Below, piece after piece: positions 57,482-64,000 of a stretch of 64,000 bases of DNA. A program made the position numbers and the translations under genes. Every line of letters begins with the position of its first letter. Positions within the stretch are counted from its first letter, which is position 1. Origin of the DNA: Candidatus Omnitrophota bacterium (GTDB lineage Bacteria; Omnitrophota; Gorgyraeia; JAFGIU01); assembly GCA_016929445.1 (NCBI GenBank), contig JAFGIU010000005.1:12899-76898 (forward strand), written 5' to 3'. A model generated the notes under the pieces. That model had not been told where the DNA came from. It saw only the letters and a list, made by a program, of their open reading frames with translations, and did no database searches.

Positions 57482-60346
57482 ATGATTCAGTCACTTTTCC
57501 GGACATTGGCCTTTGTGTTGGGCCTTATACCGCTTGCAATAACCCCTTGCCTTGCGCCGGCCATTGCCGAAACACCGGTTATTCAGGGCACAGCCTTGGC
57601 TGTCAGGCCCTTCTTTGAAGAGGGGATCGAGGAGTGGTTATATGTGCATGGCGGTATGGAGGCCTTGCTCCAAGTCCGCAGTCCGCGTGCCGGTGTGCGG
57701 ACGGAGGGTTCTGGTCTAAGCAGAGAGGACTCACAAGCATTTATGGTGCTTTTGATGGCATTAGCGGCGAATCGAACCGGCAGTCTTGGCACCCTCGTTC
57801 GGCTCAAAGAGGAAACGGTTCGCCCGGCGTTTGCTGCGCGGGAATTGGAGGAGCGCGTTCAAAGCCTTTTGGATGAAATCAGCACTGATGATCCGGCAAT
57901 CCTGAGGGATCAAGAGGCAGCAGCGATTCAATCCTGGTTGGAGGGCCAGACCGTTGTTACCGCTGCTTTGGCTGAGCCCCCTTCGATTTATCGGCAGATG
58001 GTTCCTGAACAAAAGTCCAATGTGCTCTTTGCCTCTACCTTGCAGACAGCGGATCCAGTGTATGCAGGCAGCGGGAGGAAGTTGAATGAGTTCAAGGGCA
58101 ATCCGCCGACCCGGCAGTTTTTTCACGAACTTTTGCGCAGGCTGCATGTGATGCAATTTTATGACATGCAAACACTTCTTGCGGACCTCCGATTTCCTGG
58201 GAGCGAGCTCTATCAAGCCATTCATGATGGGCAACTGGATGCTGTTTGCCTATCGGGGTATGAGACGCAAATTGTCCTCCTATTGCAGGTGGCTGACACG
58301 ATAAAGGCAATCAACCCGCAAATGCCGGTTCTGGTTGGCGGCCATATTACCGAGAGTTTTCATCCGGCCCTTCTGACGCAGCATTTCTCAATTGATATTG
58401 CCTGTCGCGGACTGGGGGAATACGTTTTGCCGATGCTCTTGAAGGGGCTGAAGGAAATCGGCAACCGAAACCAGCAGGGGCTGGATGAGGCAGCCGTGCA
58501 GCGTTTGATGGACTTGTCCCTTACCCGGACACTCCGGCAAGGTCAGACGGTGTCTGTTCGCCTTGGCGATGCTGCGGGCGATGGATGTGTGGCTATCCGG
58601 GATGCGCAGGGCAGGGTTTATGTGAGTGGCCCCGCCCCGGAGGCGGCGAATCCCGGGAACTTCGGGAAACCGGTATGGTCGCGGGATTCCCAGATCGAGG
58701 CACTTGTGAAGTTGCTTCCTGATACAGACTTGGCTCAACTCCGAAAGCTGGGTCTTCAGTTTATGGGAAGTATGGAGCCGGATCTTGCGGCAAGCCGATT
58801 CTATCCTCAAGGATCCGAAGAATGGGACGATATTGCCTTCTATGCGGGATGTCCGGGAGGCATGGCTGTTATCCAGCTTAACGACGGTTGCAGACATGGA
58901 AAGAATTGTCCATTTTGTCCGGTCGGTCAAAGGCCGCTGAACCGGCCAGGCCCGGACCGCGTTTTGGATATCATTGGAGAGGCTGTCGAGGAGGGAGCGA
59001 CGGAAGTCTTCCTGGCGGCTGATGATGTGACAGGTGGTTCCTGGCTGAGGAGGCTGGCGCAGGGCATGCGGCAGCGAAATTTGTCAAACAAGGTGGCCGT
59101 ATGGGCTCATTCACGCGTTCCCAGCGGATCTGAAATCCAGGAGTTTGTTCAAATGGCACGGGATGGTGTGATAGTCTCGAACGGGATCGGGTGTGACGGT
59201 TTTACTCCACAGTTGATTGGACCTGAAGGCTTGGGCAAGGCCTGGGGGCGGAGAGACCGGACGCCGGAGAGTTATCTTGAAGATGCCAGAGCCTTTGCCC
59301 GGGCTATGATAAGGGAAGGGTTTCCTGTCCAATACAATTTTATTGCTGTTCCGCGGGGTTATGACCCAGACTCGATATCTTTGCGCGATGTGGTGGAGGG
59401 GATCAGCGGTCTGAGCAGTTTCATGTGGGATCTGCAGCAAAGTACAGGCAGGACGCTGATTCCCACGTTCTCGGTCTATGTGTATCCTGTGGCCGGAGCG
59501 CCTTTAACCGAGCGTTGCACGTGGGACAATCAACCCACCCGGGTTGTGTTCACGGAAACCGAGCTGTCCAGGAAAGAATGGTACACCGGTGTGGATGAGA
59601 ATACCGGAGAATCTTTTAGTGTGGAACTTCACCGCATCGGGGACACGTGGGGCGAATTAGTGCCTTTGCGAGAGATTGAATCGAATGGAGAAGAGAGGCG
59701 ATATGTCTGCGTCTTCAGGCCGCTTTATTTCAGTTATTCTCAAGATTTAAAGAATCTGCGGGATGCGTTGGCAAGGCAGTATGGGAAGAACATTGAAGTG
59801 CGCCGCGACCTCGGACTTATGCAGGCTATCGCCGAGTGGGTTTCTCAGAACGGGGATGATCCCTCAAAAAGGATTGCGAGGAAAGCTTTGGGATTTATTG
59901 AGCAAATGAAATATAGTTTTCAAGACAACGAGCGTCGCTCTCATGAAATGTTGGGGGCACTTTTGAGGCACAAAGCCCAAGAGCTGGCGATGGCAGAGTT
60001 TGTTTCTCCTGACCCGGACCGTCGATGGTTGCCTTGGGATCAAATCTATCATGACTATGGTTTGGAAATTCATAGTTGGGTCATTTCTCGCGATATTCTC
60101 AAGGAATTAAGGGACTTAACCAATGGCATGACCTCTGCACAGGAATATCTGGAAATGCTTCAACAGATTCTTGCCTATTTCAATCAAGGAAAGTTTACTC
60201 CATCCGATGCAATCCGGCATCAGATCTTGGAGAATACGGAAAGCTTTCTGTCCAACTGGATTTGTCTTGTAGAAGCGGCGAAGTCACGGGAAGCGCCGCC
60301 TGCGACATGGACTGGGTTTGTGCCGGAGATTGAGTATTGCCTGTAA
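57482..60346 (+). CDS. Signal-peptide-bearing cobalamin-binding radical-SAM-like protein
   Basis: Leader ending PAIA; B12-domain pattern K..NP...VLVGGH...DIACRGLGE; GCRHGKNCPFC; downstream barrel motifs (LAADD, VYPVAGAPL). Confidence 0.7.
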   Translation: MIQSLFRTLAFVLGLIPLAITPCLAPAIAETPVIQGTALAVRPFFEEGIEEWLYVHGGMEALLQVRSPRAGVRTEGSGLSREDSQAFMVLLMALAANRTGSLGTLVRLKEETVRPAFAARELEERVQSLLDEISTDDPAILRDQEAAAIQSWLEGQTVVTAALAEPPSIYRQMVPEQKSNVLFASTLQTADPVYAGSGRKLNEFKGNPPTRQFFHELLRRLHVMQFYDMQTLLADLRFPGSELYQAIHDGQLDAVCLSGYETQIVLLLQVADTIKAINPQMPVLVGGHITESFHPALLTQHFSIDIACRGLGEYVLPMLLKGLKEIGNRNQQGLDEAAVQRLMDLSLTRTLRQGQTVSVRLGDAAGDGCVAIRDAQGRVYVSGPAPEAANPGNFGKPVWSRDSQIEALVKLLPDTDLAQLRKLGLQFMGSMEPDLAASRFYPQGSEEWDDIAFYAGCPGGMAVIQLNDGCRHGKNCPFCPVGQRPLNRPGPDRVLDIIGEAVEEGATEVFLAADDVTGGSWLRRLAQGMRQRNLSNKVAVWAHSRVPSGSEIQEFVQMARDGVIVSNGIGCDGFTPQLIGPEGLGKAWGRRDRTPESYLEDARAFARAMIREGFPVQYNFIAVPRGYDPDSISLRDVVEGISGLSSFMWDLQQSTGRTLIPTFSVYVYPVAGAPLTERCTWDNQPTRVVFTETELSRKEWYTGVDENTGESFSVELHRIGDTWGELVPLREIESNGEERRYVCVFRPLYFSYSQDLKNLRDALARQYGKNIEVRRDLGLMQAIAEWVSQNGDDPSKRIARKALGFIEQMKYSFQDNERRSHEMLGALLRHKAQELAMAEFVSPDPDRRWLPWDQIYHDYGLEIHSWVISRDILKELRDLTNGMTSAQEYLEMLQQILAYFNQGKFTPSDAIRHQILENTESFLSNWICLVEAAKSREAPPATWTGFVPEIEYCL

Positions 60347-60440
60347 ATGTCTGGGGATCCCCGGCGGTCTGCTGCGCCGGACAGGGATGGCCGGTTCATG
60401 TTCCCCGGAGAGCTCGTGCCTTACCCGGTCCAGTTAATAT

Positions 60441-60486
60441 TTGACAGCAAACAGAATGGTGTTATGATTAGTAAAAAGGTAACACC
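60441..60486 (+). promoter_or_regulatory. Sigma70 promoter with NikR operator
   Basis: TTGACA-N16-TATGAT; GGTGTTA-N15-TAACACC palindrome ending at the nikR ATG. Confidence 0.8.
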
Positions 60487-60939
60487 ATGTCTCAAGTTTC
60501 CCGCTTCGGCGTTTCCCTCGATTCCGATCTTCTAACGCAGTTTGATGCCTGGATTGCGAAAAAGGGTATTGCCAATCGTTCCCAGGCAGTGGGCCAGTTG
60601 GTCCGGGAGACTTTGGCTCAAGAGGACTGGAGGCAGCAGGGAAAGGATGTGGTCGGGACGCTCACCTTGGTTTATGACCATGAACACCGTATCCTCAACC
60701 GCACACTCACAACCACGCAGCACACCCATCACCATGAAATTGTCTGTTCTCAGCATGTGCATCTTGATGAGGCGAACTGCTTGGAGGTTATTGTGCTCAG
60801 AGGTAGCGCCCGGGCTGTGCAGCATGCAGCCGACCATTTGTCTTCCTTAAAAGGGGTTAAGCACGCACATTTTGTGGGAACGAGTTCCGGGAAAGTATCC
60901 ATTCACAAACAAAAGGGGATTCCCCATGCACATTCCTGA
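60487..60939 (+). CDS. nikR: Nickel-responsive regulator
   Basis: RFGVSL..DLL..FD, NRS.A, LVYDH, HVHLDE.NCLEV, GVKH. Confidence 0.95.
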   Translation: MSQVSRFGVSLDSDLLTQFDAWIAKKGIANRSQAVGQLVRETLAQEDWRQQGKDVVGTLTLVYDHEHRILNRTLTTTQHTHHHEIVCSQHVHLDEANCLEVIVLRGSARAVQHAADHLSSLKGVKHAHFVGTSSGKVSIHKQKGIPHAHS

Positions 60940-61660
60940 TTCGATGTTACACGGCGCAGTTTGTCCGGTTACGCTTGCTGTGGGCGCAGCCGGAGTTGCA
61001 GTTGCAGCAAGGGCCGCATCGCGGTCTGAATCAAAACCAACGTCTGCCCGCTTTGCCGCCATTACGGCGCTTATTCTGGCAGCCCAGATGATCAATTTCC
61101 CCGTGGCGAGCGGAACCTCCGGCCATTTGGTCGGGGGCGTATTAGCCGCGGCGCTTTTAGGTATCCCTTTTGCCGTCCTTTCTATGACAACGGTCTTGGC
61201 CATTCAAGCCTTTCTATTTGCGGATGGGGGCATGTTTGCGCTGGGTGCCAATGTGATTAACATGGCTTTGATCGGGGCGGGTGCCGGCGGCTGGATTTAC
61301 CAAAGGATCTCGAAAGATGAATCATTGGGTGGTGCACAGTCCATGGCCGGGTTGGCCCTTGCTTCCTGGATTTCGGTGTTTCTGGCTGCAGGGGCTTGCA
61401 GTGTTGAATTGGCCTGGTCCGGGGCGGCAGAATGGTCGGCAGTTCTTCCTGCCATGGCCGGGATTCATGCGTTAATCGGTTTGAGCGAAGCTGTCCTGAC
61501 TGTAGGCTTAGCCTGGGCCCTGACGCGCGAGCCCGCAGTGAGGCAACCGGTGCTTGTCCCCCTGGCCGCGGCCTTTGTCGTAGCTGTTTTGCTCAGTCCT
61601 TTTGCCAGTAGGCTTCCCGACGGTTTGGAGACTGTGGCCCGTCAACTCGGCATTCTATGA
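60926..61660 (+). CDS. CbiM/NikM ECF S-component with fused partial NikN (PDGLE)
   Basis: MHIPD N-terminus, GTSGHLVGG, ADGG..ALGAN, PFAS.LPDGLE. Confidence 0.88.
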   Translation: MHIPDSMLHGAVCPVTLAVGAAGVAVAARAASRSESKPTSARFAAITALILAAQMINFPVASGTSGHLVGGVLAAALLGIPFAVLSMTTVLAIQAFLFADGGMFALGANVINMALIGAGAGGWIYQRISKDESLGGAQSMAGLALASWISVFLAAGACSVELAWSGAAEWSAVLPAMAGIHALIGLSEAVLTVGLAWALTREPAVRQPVLVPLAAAFVVAVLLSPFASRLPDGLETVARQLGIL

Positions 61661-62799
61661 AAAGGTGGGCGCTGACAATTGCTTTGCTGAGTGGCCTGAG
61701 TCTTAATGTCCAAGCCTTGGCTTCGACGGCTGCTCTGCTGGAAGAAACGGATATTGGCTTTGGGGCGACGGGGGTCGTTCAGGGCACGGATCAGGCAAAC
61801 GGTGATGATCTGTTGCAGCCTGAAGAAAGTGCGAGCGAAGCCTCCTATTCCATCGACGTTGAGATCGAGAAGTTGTTCGGCGAGTCCGGCACAGGTTTTC
61901 TTCACCTGGAGGCAGGGGGTGGTGCCGGGATTGACTCTGCAGTAAAAGCCTTCAGTCCGCTGAACTATGATGCGGATGACGATGAAAACGTTCGGGTGAC
62001 CGAGCTTTTCTACGAACATTCTTTCAGCAAGTTGCCTCTGTTTGTTACCGCAGGCAAGCTGGACCCCACTGTCTATCTCGATGTCAATAACTACGCGAAT
62101 GATGAGTGTTCGCAATTTCTCGGAGGCATTTTCCGGAACTCCCAGACCATTGAGTTCCCGGACAATGCCGCCGGATTACGGGCCTCGTATGATCCCACCG
62201 AGTTCCTTGATTTGGAATTCCTGGCCCTGGATGCAGACGCGGATTTTTCCGACATATTGGGAGACCTCTTCCTTGCCGCCCAAGTTACCCTGGTTCCGCA
62301 TTTGTGGGAACGGCCGGGGAACTACCGTTTCTTTGCCTGGACCAATAACGCCTCCCACACCAAATGGCTCGACACAACCCGGAGTTCTGAAGACGGTTTT
62401 GGCGCGGGGCTAAGTTGGGACCAGGCGTTGACTGATCAAGCCGGGGCTTTCTTGCGCTATGCCTGGCAAGATTCTTCCGTGTCCCTTGAGGGGGCGGATT
62501 TCTCTCTGGAGCACTCGTGGAGTCTGGGAGTGCAGTTGACAGGCGAGGGCTGGAAGCGGGATGCGGATGTGTTGGGTTTAGCAGTGGGACAAAACCTTCC
62601 TTCCCACGATTACAAAAAAAGCCAGGGCGCAAAAGGCCGCGCGGAAACCCATCTGGAGCTTTACTACAATTGGGCAGCGCATGAGAATCTTACCTTAACG
62701 CCGGACCTTCAGGTGGTGTGGGAACCCTTTGGGGGAGATGCCGCAAACGGAACGGACACCTTGTGGGTGGGCGGTCTTCGGGCTCAGATGGATTTCTAG
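61657..62799 (+). CDS. OprB-like (carbohydrate-selective family) porin
   Basis: Signal peptide, D.N.YANDE.SQF, W.R..D.LG.A, ELYY, TPDLQ, terminal F. Confidence 0.8.
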   Translation: MKRWALTIALLSGLSLNVQALASTAALLEETDIGFGATGVVQGTDQANGDDLLQPEESASEASYSIDVEIEKLFGESGTGFLHLEAGGGAGIDSAVKAFSPLNYDADDDENVRVTELFYEHSFSKLPLFVTAGKLDPTVYLDVNNYANDECSQFLGGIFRNSQTIEFPDNAAGLRASYDPTEFLDLEFLALDADADFSDILGDLFLAAQVTLVPHLWERPGNYRFFAWTNNASHTKWLDTTRSSEDGFGAGLSWDQALTDQAGAFLRYAWQDSSVSLEGADFSLEHSWSLGVQLTGEGWKRDADVLGLAVGQNLPSHDYKKSQGAKGRAETHLELYYNWAAHENLTLTPDLQVVWEPFGGDAANGTDTLWVGGLRAQMDF

Positions 62800-62846
62800 G
62801 TTCCACCTTCCTATATAGTAGAATATATGGCAAAAAGGAGGCGGGA

Positions 62847-64000
62847 ATGAGTTCGCAGCGTTTTTACCTGGGCGAGGAGCATTTACCCAAACGTTGGTAT
62901 AATCTTGCCGCTGATTTGCCTCAGCCCATGCCTCCGCCTCTGAGCCTGGAGGGGGTGCCCATCGGGCCCGAGATGCTCGCCAAGGTTTTTCCAATGAACC
63001 TCATCGAGCAGGAGATGTGCCAGGACCGTTGGGTCGATATTCCTGAGGAAATCCTGCGCATTTTGGCGCGTTGGCGTCCCACCCCGCTCGTGCGAGCCAA
63101 GTATTTAGAAGAATACCTGGACACTCCTGCCCGTATCTATTTCAAAGACGAAAGTGTGAGTCCTCCCGGCAGCCACAAGCCCAATACAGCAGTTGCGCAG
63201 GCCTGGTACAACAAGGAATTCGGCATCAAACGCCTTACCACCGAGACCGGCGCAGGCCAGTGGGGGAGTTCTCTAGCCTTTGCCTGCCAGTTTTTTGATT
63301 TGGAGTGCAAGGTCTTTATGGTGAGGGTGAGCTTTGAGCAAAAGCCTGCGCGCAAATCCATGATGAATTTATGGGGGGCCAACTGTGTTCCGAGTCCCAG
63401 CACAGAAACAGCCGTGGGCCGGATGATCCGGGAGAAATTGCCGGATACGCCGGGGAGCTTGGGAATTGCGATTAGCGAGGCAGTTGAGGCTGCGGTCAGC
63501 GATGAATCCGGCCAAACGCGTTATTCGCTTGGAAGTGTCCTCAATCATGTGATACTACACCAGACCATCATTGGTTTGGAGGCCAAGGAGCAGATGGCGT
63601 CTGCAGGAGAAAAGGCCCCGGACATCATTATTGGTTGCGCCGGCGGTGGAAGCAACTTTGCGGGTTTGGCCTTTCCTTTTGTGCACGATAAGCTCGACGG
63701 CACCCGCATCCAAATCGTCCCTACTGAACCCATGGCCTGTCCGACTATGACGCGCGGGAAGTATTGGTATGATTTTGGGGACATGGCGGAGATGACTCCT
63801 CTTTTGCCCATGCTGACGCTCGGGCATTCCTTTGTGCCTGCGCCGATTCATGCGGGAGGCCTGAGATACCACGGCATGGCTCCCCTGGTGAGCGCGGCCA
63901 TTGATCAAGGACTTTTTGATCCACGATCCTATGACCAGGTCCTTTGTTATGAAGCGGCGATGACTTGGGCGCGCACCCAGGGTACGATCTGTGCTCCGGA
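62847..64000 (+). CDS. trpB2: TrpB-like PLP enzyme (TrpB2), partial at window end
   Basis: ATG 62847 with SD AGGAGG: MSSQRFYLGEEHLPKRWYNLAADLP..., GSHKPNTA, TTETGAGQWG, GCAGGGSNFAG, HAGGLRYHG. Missing from the ORF track because it has no stop in the window. Confidence 0.93.
   Translation, partial: MSSQRFYLGEEHLPKRWYNLAADLPQPMPPPLSLEGVPIGPEMLAKVFPMNLIEQEMCQDRWVDIPEEILRILARWRPTPLVRAKYLEEYLDTPARIYFKDESVSPPGSHKPNTAVAQAWYNKEFGIKRLTTETGAGQWGSSLAFACQFFDLECKVFMVRVSFEQKPARKSMMNLWGANCVPSPSTETAVGRMIREKLPDTPGSLGIAISEAVEAAVSDESGQTRYSLGSVLNHVILHQTIIGLEAKEQMASAGEKAPDIIIGCAGGGSNFAGLAFPFVHDKLDGTRIQIVPTEPMACPTMTRGKYWYDFGDMAEMTPLLPMLTLGHSFVPAPIHAGGLRYHGMAPLVSAAIDQGLFDPRSYDQVLCYEAAMTWARTQGTICAP

Overview
Bacterial genomic window, probably from a diderm anaerobe or microaerophile. 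The style of several orphan and receiver proteins is reminiscent of Candidatus Omnitrophota/PVC, but that is inference only. The left ~11.35 kb looks like the right end of a composite island integrated at a tRNA-Asn gene. It carries small stress genes, two convergent ArsR-led arsenic operons (arsR-ArsP-type permease-thioredoxin-arsF-arsG and arsR-arsC-acr3), a frameshifted HEPN-like gene, a HigBA/RelE-type toxin-antitoxin pair and a methyltransferase-DsrE-APC module. It is punctuated by repeated junction sequences that, on the minus strand, encode a stranded protein C-terminus (LDEFSN...LTANPHF), and it ends in a tRNA-Asn-like 3' fragment plus a hairpin. The remainder is largely stress, metal and metabolic genes: GT9, mscL, an exported katG, SulP, MFS, a phosphatase lipoprotein, a two-component system followed by four Hsp20s (one with a signal/anchor), an exported PPase, MarC, GyrI-like, an ECF sigma/anti-sigma regulon with a predictable promoter motif, RND+TolC without an adaptor, mdh, MATE, MipA, dps, ppc, mgtE, LD-carboxypeptidase + ATP-grasp, MFS, corA, an mscS remnant, a metallophosphoesterase, Zn-ribbon-HtpX, hcp/Crp-Fnr, nikR-nikMN-porin and a partial trpB2. 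Two large orphan proteins have export signals, and one of them carries a B12-binding radical-SAM module. There are six copies of a 56-bp REP-like palindrome. I found no CRISPR array, rRNA or intact tRNA. All calls come from reading motifs by eye; no database searches were run.
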